This document shows, one piece after another, positions 1 through 8,306 of a stretch of 53,257 bases of DNA (position 1 is the stretch's first letter; each line of letters opens with the position of its first letter). The stretch spans positions 1-53,257 of IMG/VR virus record IMGVR_UViG_3300019887_000002; one strand, 5' to 3'. The position numbers and the translations under genes are program-made. Below the pieces are notes generated by a model. The model was not told the DNA's origin. It worked only from the letters and a program-made list of their open reading frames with translations, and did no database searches. The stretch comes from a virus. Its lineage: Duplodnaviria > Caudoviricetes.

Positions 1-42
1 CTGCAGGCTCGCGAAGCACAGAAAGAACTGCAGACAGCGTAA
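1..42 (+). CDS. 3' end of a gene truncated by the window edge
   Basis: Open frame LQAREAQKELQTA* from base 1 to TAA at 40-42. Confidence 0.4.
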   Translation: MQAREAQKELQTA

Positions 43-124
43 CAAGCGATCTAACGTTCTCGTAGACCTTGATGACTTAAGTACAGTAGTTAACGTAGTA
101 ATTAGGAATCAGAGAGGAGACAGC

Positions 125-298
125 ATGCCGCAAGACAAAGAAGTCTCAGTCACTTTCAAAACAAGTGACCTCGAGATACTTCAGGCCCTTCTCAAGGACC
201 TGCTAGACACTGAGTATCACAACTCAGTGAGGGACGAAGACATCGAAGTTGGCGGAGACATTCGACGCCTGCACAACATCATCACAAACGCCCTCTAG
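125..298 (+). CDS. hypothetical protein (57 aa, below ORF track cut-off)
   Basis: AGGAG RBS, ATG 125, MPQDKEVSVTF...IITNAL*. Confidence 0.7.
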   Translation: MPQDKEVSVTFKTSDLEILQALLKDLLDTEYHNSVRDEDIEVGGDIRRLHNIITNAL

Positions 299-469
299 AG
301 TTTGAAGATGGAGGCCTCTCTAAATCAGAGGCCTTCGTCTCCAGAAGCCAGAGACGAAAGGAGGCGGGCTAGGTACAAAGGATAGCGGAGGACTAGAACA
401 AAACTCCAAGGCCGGAGTCTGCTTTGAGGTATGGGCCATCCGTCCCTAAAAACGAGGAGGAACACAAAC

Positions 470-673
470 ATGCGATTCAATTGGAAGCGGGCCGCATTCG
501 CTGCGGGCCTAGCGATCACAAGCTTCGCGCTGGGCCAGTCGTACACTCATGGGGAGCCAGTGTGCCGAACGGCCCACTACATCGAGAGCACGCCGAATAC
601 GCCATCGACACTGAAGGCCGGGTACGTGTACAAGGTGCAAGGAGATGCGGTCCAAACGTACACCTGCAACTAG
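470..673 (+). CDS. small secreted protein
   Basis: GAGGAGG RBS before ATG 470; signal-peptide-like N-terminus MRFNWKRAAFAAGLAITSFALG; Cys pair. Confidence 0.65.
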   Translation: MRFNWKRAAFAAGLAITSFALGQSYTHGEPVCRTAHYIESTPNTPSTLKAGYVYKVQGDAVQTYTCN

Positions 674-1072
674 CCATCCCGCTAGACCATGAGACCACAG
701 GCAGAAGTGTTTGTGGTCTCCGTGGTGTAGCAAGGAAGGTAACATCCGTACCCACGATGACAGATTCGTTAGAAACAGTGCGTCTAAATCACCATGGTTA
801 CCCTGCTGAAGTGGGTTCTCGTCTCGAGTTTCTCGATTTTCTCAGTGAGGTAAGTTTCTAAATCGATGCTGCACGTTACGTAGTAACACACAAGAGACAG
901 GATCGGAAGGGTTTCGTAAAGGTATTTATAAGGTTATATAATTACCTAAATATCATAATACCTAAACGCTAAGAACGAGAAGAGTGTTTTGACTGTTCAC
1001 TTTGACTCCATGCTCTTAAGGACGGTTTAAACAGTCTTTTCCACCTCTAGACACTCGTAGATAAGTATCCCG

Positions 1073-1102
1073 TTGAAAAGGTACTCTCGGATATACTATA
1101 AT
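1073..1102 (+). promoter_or_regulatory. sigma70/SigA-type promoter TTGAAA-N18-TATAAT
   Basis: Member of a genome-wide promoter family with an 18-bp spacer. Confidence 0.7.
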
Positions 1103-1134
1103 AAGGAGAAGAGAAGAAAACAGAGAGGAGCCCG

Positions 1135-1512
1135 ATGTACACGATACCAACAAAGAAGTGTCCGTACTGTCCTGAAGGAGAGCACCCCATTACCGAGTTT
1201 TACGGTAACGGTTGGTGTAAAACGAGGAATGCTGACTACCAACGCAAGCGTGCATCTCGTCTCAAAGAAGAGAAACGTAGAGCACAGGTTCTCTCAGGTC
1301 AAGTGTCTCCTGCGGCGATGACGGACGAAGAGTTCCAGTTGTGGATTAAGTACCGCCGTGAACAAGCAGATCAGGTAGAGCGGGAGCGGGAGCGGGATCG
1401 AGGTACGGAAGGCACTACTGAAGGATCAGGGTCACTCTACAAGGAGGTAAAACAGATCCCAGGGTTCCACATGAGTGACGAGGAAATCCGTTCTCTACAA
1501 GAGGAGGACTAA
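1135..1512 (+). CDS. hypothetical protein with N-terminal Cys motif (CPYC...WC)
   Basis: GAGGAG RBS; ORF track; downstream of promoter. Confidence 0.7.
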   Translation: MYTIPTKKCPYCPEGEHPITEFYGNGWCKTRNADYQRKRASRLKEEKRRAQVLSGQVSPAAMTDEEFQLWIKYRREQADQVERERERDRGTEGTTEGSGSLYKEVKQIPGFHMSDEEIRSLQEED

Positions 1513-1515
1513 CGA

Positions 1516-1677
1516 ATGGCAACGTGGGTTGCGAAGATCAACGATAAGTGGTACCCAGTAGGACAGGTAGCTCGGATCCTGAAAGAAAAGGGCCAGCTAC
1601 CCAACGACCTGAACATGAAGGACCTCGATATGGCCAGTATCCTCATGAAGCTGGGGTTCGAGGTACAGGAGGCATAG
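1516..1677 (+). CDS. hypothetical protein (53 aa)
   Basis: GGAGGA RBS; MATWVAKINDKWYPVGQV...LMKLGFEVQEA*. Confidence 0.7.
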   Translation: MATWVAKINDKWYPVGQVARILKEKGQLPNDLNMKDLDMASILMKLGFEVQEA

Positions 1678-1724
1678 TAGTCAAAAGGTCCAAATCAAGA
1701 CAAAAAATACACCGAAGTACCCGC

Positions 1725-1754
1725 TTGATTTGGGCCTCTTGATTGCTATATAAT
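1725..1754 (+). promoter_or_regulatory. promoter TTGATT-N18-TATAAT
   Basis: Promoter family; upstream CCAAATCAAG (1690-1699) is the inverted copy of CTTGATTTGG. Confidence 0.75.
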
Positions 1755-1864
1755 TGAGTTAGAAACAAAAACAAAACAACATAAGCTGAAGTTACTGAAA
1801 AACAGTAACTACAGTAACAAAAGTAGTGGCATAAGTCTCGGTCTCATTACAGAAAGGGGAACGG

Positions 1865-2302
1865 ATGGACAACACAGAGGTGCAGAAGGCACAGGAGGTC
1901 ATGAAGGGCCTCATGGAACGTATCAACGATGCACTTCGGAAACAACACGACCTCATCGAATCAGGGGTCGTAGGGCCCGAGGAGTACGGATACGCATTGA
2001 ACGACGACGACACGCACGACATGATGTACGTCGAGGAGGTCCTCGATAAGGTCGTGCAGGAAGCAACACAGGATGAGGAACTGCAGGAGGAATCGTGTGT
2101 GATTCCTGATTCCGCAAGTGTCAAGGGCTTCAAGGATCGTATCAAGCGGGCGCTCATCATGTACATCGCGGACTGTGAGAACACTGAATCGATTCCGATG
2201 GTGTACGGTTTCGACGGTTTCATCAAGTACTTGGAACTCCTACAGAATGGCTCAGTAGACCTCATGCACGCACTGTACAAGGAGAACGAGTTCAAGCTGT
2301 AA
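1865..2302 (+). CDS. acidic hypothetical protein
   Basis: AAGGGG RBS; ORF track. Confidence 0.75.
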   Translation: MDNTEVQKAQEVMKGLMERINDALRKQHDLIESGVVGPEEYGYALNDDDTHDMMYVEEVLDKVVQEATQDEELQEESCVIPDSASVKGFKDRIKRALIMYIADCENTESIPMVYGFDGFIKYLELLQNGSVDLMHALYKENEFKL

Positions 2303-2382
2303 GGCCTGAAGGTTGTACCTCAGAGACTGTTGTCTCTGGGGTAGAGCTATTAGGCAGTTCCTATACGAAAGGAAAGAGACAT

Positions 2383-2643
2383 ATGTCAATACCTCCTGAT
2401 GGGTTCGAACGTGAACCTGCAATTCCTGTACCTCTTCAGGTACTGGAGTTTGTCGATGAGCACCCGATCACAAAGGAACTGATTGCAGTGTACGCAATCG
2501 ACCTTTGGACCGCAGGGGACTTCAAGCACACGATCGAGTTCAGTGAGAACCCTGATGCAACGCAAGCGTTCATCAACAAGTACCTGCCACGAATTGAGAG
2601 GTTAGCAGAGAACCTAGTCGAGATTCTCGCAGCACAAGCGTAA
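2383..2643 (+). CDS. hypothetical protein
   Basis: AAGGA RBS; ORF track. Confidence 0.75.
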   Translation: MSIPPDGFEREPAIPVPLQVLEFVDEHPITKELIAVYAIDLWTAGDFKHTIEFSENPDATQAFINKYLPRIERLAENLVEILAAQA

Positions 2644-2659
2644 CAAGAAAGGAGTACGT

Positions 2660-2902
2660 ATGGACGAGGTGCTCATCACTGTTGTTAGCCAAGAAACACA
2701 GGAAGGTTTCACATACCCTGTGACATCGGTGTACCGAATCGAGTTCGAGGCAGGTACTGCACAGGAGTTCGTGGGAATGCTCGAGCATGACCTCGATTGT
2801 CACAGCAAGGTGGTCAGCTTCGAGAGGTTGTACGCAAGACCGCAACACATCGCACAAGAGGAATTGGCACGTATCAAGAACGCGGAGTCAGACGGTCTGT
2901 AA
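2660..2902 (+). CDS. hypothetical protein
   Basis: AAGGAG RBS; ORF track. Confidence 0.75.
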   Translation: MDEVLITVVSQETQEGFTYPVTSVYRIEFEAGTAQEFVGMLEHDLDCHSKVVSFERLYARPQHIAQEELARIKNAESDGL

Positions 2903-2937
2903 ACCAACATAGTTGTATGGTATCCGATTGGACCCTC

Positions 2938-2967
2938 TTGCAAAGGTCCTTTCGAATGCTATATAAT
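2938..2967 (+). promoter_or_regulatory. promoter TTGCAA-N18-TATAAT
   Basis: Promoter family; near-duplicate of the 5006-5061 region. Confidence 0.75.
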
Positions 2968-3006
2968 TAGTCAATCAACAAAATCACACATAACAAAAGG
3001 AGACAT

Positions 3007-3246
3007 ATGGCAGCACACAAAAAGCGGAACGGTGAGCTCCTGATGTGCTTCTCCTGTAAGAAGGACCCTCCTGAACATCAACATTGTGTAGGTGATGGTC
3101 CTCTTTCGGAGTGGTTCTACTGTCACTGTTCCTGTCAACCAACTTGTACGCGTCCTGAATGCAACACAAAAGCGGGACGAGTCAAGAGGAATTGGAAGCC
3201 TATAGCATGTGACAAGTGTCATCTCATCCCTTGTTGTTGCGACTAG
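3007..3246 (+). CDS. Cys/His-rich putative metal-binding protein
   Basis: AAGGAG RBS; multiple CxxC/CxC motifs. Confidence 0.7.
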   Translation: MAAHKKRNGELLMCFSCKKDPPEHQHCVGDGPLSEWFYCHCSCQPTCTRPECNTKAGRVKRNWKPIACDKCHLIPCCCD

Positions 3247-3255
3247 GAGGAGTGC

Positions 3256-3447
3256 ATGTATGACATAGATGAGTACAGGAATTGCAGGTTCGCGGCTGCC
3301 TTGTACTACAAAGTCATAGAGGCTCAGTGCCAGGTGTACGGCTTCAGCGAACTGGACTACCCGGGCACATACGACGCAGTCGCTCTTGAAGTTGTGCAGA
3401 GGCACTTCAGCATTGTTGTAACCAGAGAGGAGTACACATGTCACTAG
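3256..3447 (+). CDS. hypothetical protein
   Basis: AGGAGG RBS. Confidence 0.65.
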   Translation: MYDIDEYRNCRFAAALYYKVIEAQCQVYGFSELDYPGTYDAVALEVVQRHFSIVVTREEYTCH

Positions 3448-3689
3448 ACCTTGCAGAAGGTGTCGAAGACCTCGTAGCTGAGGTGGCTGAGAAGCTGCTT
3501 CGACAGGAGGATCCTGGGAAGGCTCGTCGGTACGACGCAGCAATGACGGTACCGGACCAAGAGTACCTCGATGCGGCACAGAACATCTGGAACAGATTGG
3601 TCATGAAGCGGGGCATCAAGTTGTTGAAGGACATCACTGAAGCACAAGTGTCCGCGTACCGCGACGAGTACGGAGAGGAGCCAGTATGA
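3438..3689 (+). CDS. hypothetical protein
   Basis: GAGGAG RBS; overlaps upstream stop. Confidence 0.7.
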   Translation: MSLDLAEGVEDLVAEVAEKLLRQEDPGKARRYDAAMTVPDQEYLDAAQNIWNRLVMKRGIKLLKDITEAQVSAYRDEYGEEPV

Positions 3690-3835
3690 CACCGGCACAA
3701 CAGAAGCGTACCAGCAAGAAGGAGAACAAGAAGGCTGGTTCGGCGTTCGCACCGACACCGAAGCAGGTCAAGACGGACGGACAGCACGAAGGTATGAAGA
3801 ATCGGCACCTTCGAGGAGTACAGTCTCCCATCTGA
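3686..3835 (+). CDS. small basic hypothetical protein (49 aa)
   Basis: ATGA overlap with upstream gene; GAGGAG RBS. Confidence 0.6.
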   Translation: MTPAQQKRTSKKENKKAGSAFAPTPKQVKTDGQHEGMKNRHLRGVQSPI

Positions 3836-3908
3836 CAGGTTCGCCTGACACATTCGAGAGAGTGTGTCGGACAAACAGGTCAAGGTGGCTTGTTGAAAGG
3901 AGTTCAAT

Positions 3909-4412
3909 ATGGCTTCAGAAAGATTTCAATACCTCGGGCGAGGTGACCTACCTGTACCGGGAGCAATAGGACGTACCATCAATGAGATGGTGGAGTCTGG
4001 TGAAATCATCGAAGAGTTCGACGATCACGGTGACACCGTGTACCATTTGGCGCCTGCTGCAGAAGTCAACGGGGTCAGCATCTTCGACCCTAGTAGAGCT
4101 CTGGACCGAGCGATCGTCATGCTCCAAGGTGTCATTGACGACATCAGTGAGGACCCAACACCTGAGTTGGATGACCTCAAGAAGATCATGTACGCCCTGA
4201 AGCAGGAACTGGAGAATCGAGAGGCTGTAGCACAAGCTCTCGCAGGAGCACTTGATCGAGTAGGGATGGACCCGATCGACGCAATGACGAAGGCCATCGC
4301 ACTCCTGGAGGAACTGAAACGACCGGACCAGTTGACCGCAACAGACATACTAGGCAGGGCAGCACTGGCAACGCTCACTGCAGCACAGTCGTACATCCGC
4401 GATAAGTGGTAA
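3909..4412 (+). CDS. helical hypothetical protein
   Basis: AAGGAG RBS; ORF track. Confidence 0.75.
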   Translation: MASERFQYLGRGDLPVPGAIGRTINEMVESGEIIEEFDDHGDTVYHLAPAAEVNGVSIFDPSRALDRAIVMLQGVIDDISEDPTPELDDLKKIMYALKQELENREAVAQALAGALDRVGMDPIDAMTKAIALLEELKRPDQLTATDILGRAALATLTAAQSYIRDKW

Positions 4413-4636
4413 GAAAGAGAGGGGAGACAGCAGTGATCAAGTTCGTAGCATCACAGGAGGACATCAAGGATGGGTCCGTTGGTCTCGAGTTCTACGTCCC
4501 GAAGGATGTGCACGCTTACGTTGTTGAGCCTGAGATGCACGAGGAGCACCAGACTACAGTTACACTCATGTTCTCCAAGGAACAGTGGGAAGCGTTCTTC
4601 GACTTCGCTATGGGCCTGAAGAACCCTCGCCACTGA
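4406..4636 (+). CDS. hypothetical protein
   Basis: ORF track; start may be the downstream GTG. Confidence 0.65.
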   Translation: MVRKRGETAVIKFVASQEDIKDGSVGLEFYVPKDVHAYVVEPEMHEEHQTTVTLMFSKEQWEAFFDFAMGLKNPRH

Positions 4637-4700
4637 TAGTTGCACTTCAGGTCCTGAAACCTAACAGTAATAATCCAATCCTAGACTAAAGGAGGGCTAC

Positions 4701-5000
4701 ATGAGGGTAAGGTCAGTAGTCGTCGCAGGTGCCATCGTTGCATCTAGCATCTTCGTTCCTGTTGTTGCTCAAGCGGACACGAGGATCTGTGGCAACCCAG
4801 TTTACGCTGGAATGGCAGTAAGTACGTGTTCCGGACAAGAGAAGCAGACACACTGGTACCCGAGCTTCTTCGGGTTCGGATGGGTTGGCAAGTACATCGC
4901 AAGGTCGTACCACAACTCGTACCTACCTGACCTCGCGAAGGTGCTGAACAGCGACACAGGACAGCAGATACGAGACAGTTTCAACAAGATGTTCCCGTAG
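4701..5000 (+). CDS. secreted protein
   Basis: AAGGAGG RBS; Sec signal peptide ending AQA|D; Cys pair. Confidence 0.75.
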   Translation: MRVRSVVVAGAIVASSIFVPVVAQADTRICGNPVYAGMAVSTCSGQEKQTHWYPSFFGFGWVGKYIARSYHNSYLPDLAKVLNSDTGQQIRDSFNKMFP

Positions 5001-5031
5001 TACCTGTTGTATGGTATACGATTGGCCACTC

Positions 5032-5061
5032 TTGAAAGTGGCCTTTCGTAGGCTATATAAT
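5032..5061 (+). promoter_or_regulatory. promoter TTGAAA-N18-TATAAT
   Basis: Promoter family; -35 flanked by GGCCA/TGGCC dyad. Confidence 0.75.
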
Positions 5062-5095
5062 AAGGATAGAAGCAAAAACGAGAGAGGGAACAGTT

Positions 5096-5188
5096 ATGAC
5101 TCCTACCGAGGTTTCACTCATGACCATGGGCTGTACTGTTATGGGTATCATCGTCGGGTGGGTTTCTTGCTGGCTCCTCAATCGATAA
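5096..5188 (+). CDS. small membrane peptide (30 aa)
   Basis: RBS GAGGG; hydrophobic MTPTEVSLMTMGCTVMGIIVGWVSCWLLNR*. Confidence 0.55.
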   Translation: MTPTEVSLMTMGCTVMGIIVGWVSCWLLNR

Positions 5189-5202
5189 GGAAAGGAGAAC
5201 GG

Positions 5203-5529
5203 ATGAGAGGACCAAAGAAGACCTGTAGACGATGCGGAACACACCACTGGCAGCAAGGTGACTACTGCAAACAGTGTCAGGCGTCCCTGGGCAAAGGTGA
5301 GTGGGCAGAGATACTGTCCGAGGATATGGAGAAGGAACGTCAGCGGATCCTAGCAGCTCCAAAAGCGCCTACCTCAGTGTCCAAGTTGATCACGTACCCA
5401 TTCCCGATGTCAGATGGGACGATGGCGTACCTGAACTTGCCAGAGACCATCTTAACGATAGATGTACAGCGACTTCAGAGAATGTTGGACACGTTGCCTT
5501 ACCAATCTGGTGACGGAGAGGAGGTGTAG
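5203..5529 (+). CDS. zinc-ribbon protein
   Basis: AAGGAG RBS before ATG 5203; CRRC...CKQC. Confidence 0.7.
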   Translation: MRGPKKTCRRCGTHHWQQGDYCKQCQASLGKGEWAEILSEDMEKERQRILAAPKAPTSVSKLITYPFPMSDGTMAYLNLPETILTIDVQRLQRMLDTLPYQSGDGEEV

Positions 5530-5632
5530 ACTTGGTTCAGATGTTTGTCGGTGCAGGCCTCTTTGCCGCTGGAGCGACGTTCACTCTTGCGGTGCAGTGG
5601 GTCTCACACAAGATCGAGATCGGAGGAAGGGC

Positions 5633-5821
5633 GTGACGCATGAGAAGGTTCACTTTCGACTCATTAACATGCCGTGTTGCGGTACGCTATACTGTCGAGT
5701 GAACCCGAGGTTGCCGAACTACTGTCCTGAGTGCGGCAACCCAGTCTTTGCTGCAATCCGAATGGACCCGACAAAAGTTCTAATTTCGGATGACAATGCA
5801 GAACTTCGGTTCCATGCCTGA
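5633..5821 (+). CDS. zinc-ribbon protein
   Basis: GGAGG RBS before GTG 5633; PCCG...YCPECG. Confidence 0.65.
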   Translation: MTHEKVHFRLINMPCCGTLYCRVNPRLPNYCPECGNPVFAAIRMDPTKVLISDDNAELRFHA

Positions 5822-6155
5822 AGGCGAGGGCATCTGGTTGTCCGATGAGATGCTGGACCAACTGACACAAGCAGCTCGTAACCAGGTGCTCAACGTATCA
5901 AAGGGCCTACCGGCACGCCGTCCTAAAGGACAGGAACCACAGAAGCAGGAAGTCAAGCTCAAACGGAGGTGGTTCAGAGGGTTGTTTCTTCTGTTCCTAT
6001 CCTTCGTAGCAGACATACCACTAGTAGTTGCAGGATTGGTGTGCCTGATAACCATAGTCGGAGCCCCTGTGGGCTTAGGGTTGTTAGGCACGTCAGGGTT
6101 GTTGATGTCCGGAGCAGTCATGTACCTTGGTAAAAAGGTACCGAGAAGGAGGTAA
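5790..6155 (+). CDS. membrane protein (2 TM)
   Basis: Long hydrophobic C-terminal segments. Confidence 0.7.
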   Translation: MTMQNFGSMPEGEGIWLSDEMLDQLTQAARNQVLNVSKGLPARRPKGQEPQKQEVKLKRRWFRGLFLLFLSFVADIPLVVAGLVCLITIVGAPVGLGLLGTSGLLMSGAVMYLGKKVPRRR

Positions 6156-6157
6156 GT

Positions 6158-6421
6158 ATGGCATACAAGCTTACGGATGTGATCACTGAGGATACGGGCC
6201 AAGAGTTCGATCCTGCTCTGGTCAAGAAGGTCAACAGATTCATCAAGATGGGGTTGCGCAATGCCTTCATGGCAGGCTTCGAGGCGAGTGCTGAGGGGTT
6301 CAACGGTGAGTTGAATCCGTTTGTCAGCGATGACAACAAGTACAAGGAGCTTAAGCCAGGGTTCGAGAAGTGGTACCGTACAGTTGTCGCTGAGACTGCA
6401 CGGTACGTAGGTCTGTTCTAG
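6158..6421 (+). CDS. hypothetical protein
   Basis: AGGAGG RBS. Confidence 0.75.
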   Translation: MAYKLTDVITEDTGQEFDPALVKKVNRFIKMGLRNAFMAGFEASAEGFNGELNPFVSDDNKYKELKPGFEKWYRTVVAETARYVGLF

Positions 6422-6476
6422 CGGAGCTGAACTAGAGGGTTACAGAAAAATTCCAAAAAATTCTTTCTGAACCCTC

Positions 6477-6506
6477 TTGCTTGGTGCCGCTTGTCCGATA
6501 TATAAT
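6477..6506 (+). promoter_or_regulatory. promoter TTGCTT-N18-TATAAT
   Basis: Promoter family; preceded by an AGAGGGTT...AACCCTCT inverted repeat. Confidence 0.75.
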
Positions 6507-6583
6507 TTGTATATTGAAGAGCAACAAACATTGAGTGTTTCACAATAGAGTGGACACCGATGTCGAGTAGTGAAAGGAAGTGA

Positions 6584-7072
6584 ATGGATATGCCCAAGGT
6601 CACCAAGGACGCTCCGTCCGAGACGGAAGTTCTGACCGATGCCGAGGCCCCCCAGGGAGCCGAGGGAAGCACCGAGGCGGGCGCCGCAGACGCGGCTCCC
6701 AAGAGCACCACGTCCAAGAAGGACGCTCGTCCGACCGGCTCGAACCGGAAGCTCCCGGATGGGTTCATCACGCCTGTCGAGGCCGCCAAGGTCGCGAGCC
6801 AGATCAAGGGTGACACCGTGCCCCCGCAGCACATCTACGGGAGCATTCGCAACAGCAAGGCGTTCAACGCGGCCTGCGTCGTCATGAGCGACGAGAAGGA
6901 CGACGCGAACCCCAACGGTCGCCCGATCATCAACAAGGCGAAGTTCGTCGAGTGGTACACCAACAAGGTGCAGGCCAAGACGGCTACTCCTGCAACTGCG
7001 ACGCCTGCTTCGACCGACGTCGCTGCGGCTACTCCCGCAGAAGTCGTGGAGCCCACCACCGTCAACGCCTGA
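6584..7072 (+). CDS. putative HTH/winged-helix DNA-binding protein with disordered Ala/Thr/Pro tails
   Basis: Core ITPVEAAK...VPPQHIYG...GRPII...FVEWY resembles excisionase/MerR-like HTH; strongly GC3-biased codons. Confidence 0.55.
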   Translation: MDMPKVTKDAPSETEVLTDAEAPQGAEGSTEAGAADAAPKSTTSKKDARPTGSNRKLPDGFITPVEAAKVASQIKGDTVPPQHIYGSIRNSKAFNAACVVMSDEKDDANPNGRPIINKAKFVEWYTNKVQAKTATPATATPASTDVAAATPAEVVEPTTVNA

Positions 7073-7167
7073 CGCGTCCCTCTACGGAGGCATACCGTCA
7101 GAACGTTGCCTCTGAGGACCCTATAGTACCAGGGGAACCTGCTACTCTAGGGCCTCGGGGGGAGCGT
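7072..7167 (+). ncRNA. candidate three-way-junction structured RNA
   Basis: Pairings ACGCgTCCC/GGGAGCGT, GGAGGCA/TGCCTCT and a long GGAA-tetraloop hairpin 7114-7156. Confidence 0.45.
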
Positions 7168-7326
7168 TTCAACGAACGAAAGGATTGGTACATGCGGTAC
7201 TTTCACACGTGGTCGCACCAGTTCTCACTAGAGGCACTACGTGCTTTGAGTACGAGCTACTGGCACAACTTCATGTCTCTCTACCATCACTTTGCAGGTC
7301 CAGGAGCATGATCGAAAGGAGATCGA

Positions 7327-7788
7327 TTGGGACGAATAAGACGAGGTGTCTACCTCGTTGCGGTGGTTGGGATGCTAGGCATGATGGCTCCAAAGGCTTT
7401 TGCTGTTCCTACACCTTCACCTGCCTCAGCAGCGTCGGAGTGTACCCCGAATACCAATGTGTGCTTCAACCAGTACGCGTCGGGATGGGACAGCAAGACG
7501 CACGAATATGTGATCAGAGCCAACGTCAGCGAGATCAGCTTGACCTTCGGGAAGATTTCCGCTCGTCGGGCGATCATGATCTTCACCCACCGCTACGACC
7601 CAGACGCCAAGAAGTACGTGCAGTACCTTGTCGCACAGGCACCTTTCTGTTGGCAAGCAGACTGCTACGTAGAGTGGCGAACTACCAACGCCAGCGAGGC
7701 GCAGCTAGCCTTCTGGTGGGGGTCGACGTACAATGACAAGAACCAATCAGTGATTTCCAAGGCCGGCTTCCCTAGCGGCTCGGAGTAG
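7327..7788 (+). CDS. secreted protein
   Basis: AAGGAG RBS, TTG start; signal peptide ending AFA|V; Cys pairs. Confidence 0.7.
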   Translation: MGRIRRGVYLVAVVGMLGMMAPKAFAVPTPSPASAASECTPNTNVCFNQYASGWDSKTHEYVIRANVSEISLTFGKISARRAIMIFTHRYDPDAKKYVQYLVAQAPFCWQADCYVEWRTTNASEAQLAFWWGSTYNDKNQSVISKAGFPSGSE

Positions 7789-7871
7789 AGCTGGCGACAC
7801 GGACATGGCGCTTGCCCCTTGGGCCGACTTCCTTGCGGCCCTTGGGGGAAGTTCTAAGTTAGGAGAGGACA

Positions 7872-7994
7872 ATGCACGAGGTAGCAGTGCTCATAGCAAT
7901 TGGACTGTTGGGGTACTTCATCTTCAGTCCAACGCCGAAGGGTAGCTGCCACAACAAGAACTGTGACTGTCCAGAGTGCTCGCGGAACCGGTAG
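7872..7994 (+). CDS. small membrane protein with Cys cluster (40 aa)
   Basis: AGGAG RBS; MHEVAVLIAIGLLGYFIF...CHNKNCDCPEC. Confidence 0.6.
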   Translation: MHEVAVLIAIGLLGYFIFSPTPKGSCHNKNCDCPECSRNR

Positions 7995-8001
7995 TGGCGG
8001 T

Positions 8002-8204
8002 GGCTTGGGAGCAAGTAATGACGGAGGAACACCGTCGGCGCTACACTCCCGAGCCTCCAGCGCTCCCGGTACAAACCGTACACACTTCAGAAGACCCGAC
8101 AGCTTGTTGGCGGCGACTTAGGTGCGACGTAGTCGTACGCATAGTCTGAAGACAACTAAGCCGGTCGAATACGACTGAGAGGCGACGGTAGTGCCGGGAG
8201 CGCT
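8002..8204 (+). ncRNA. candidate two-domain structured ncRNA
   Basis: 10-bp stem 8002-8011/8046-8055; 14-bp stem 8059-8072/8191-8204 enclosing further helices. Confidence 0.55.
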
Positions 8205-8306
8205 TCAATTTATCCAAACGTACCTAGGAGGGAGGTGATACATGTCAAACCTTGTAGTTGATGTGTCCACTCTCCTAGGAGGAGCCCATTGCGAGGTGCC
8301 CGATGT

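Noticed and set aside
1-42. Window as a complete circular genome
   Set aside because: It begins in what looks like a gene end, and the window's last bases do not supply a matching start or a terminal repeat; some sequence is probably missing
8085-8151. Group I intron R/S-like words (TTCAGAAGAC, CATAGTC)
   Set aside because: Too short, no interrupted gene, and no P4-P6 domain identifiable
8145-8172. Hammerhead ribozyme suggested by CTGAAGA
   Set aside because: No correctly placed GAAA or stem II; CTGAAG is better explained by pairing with CTTCAG
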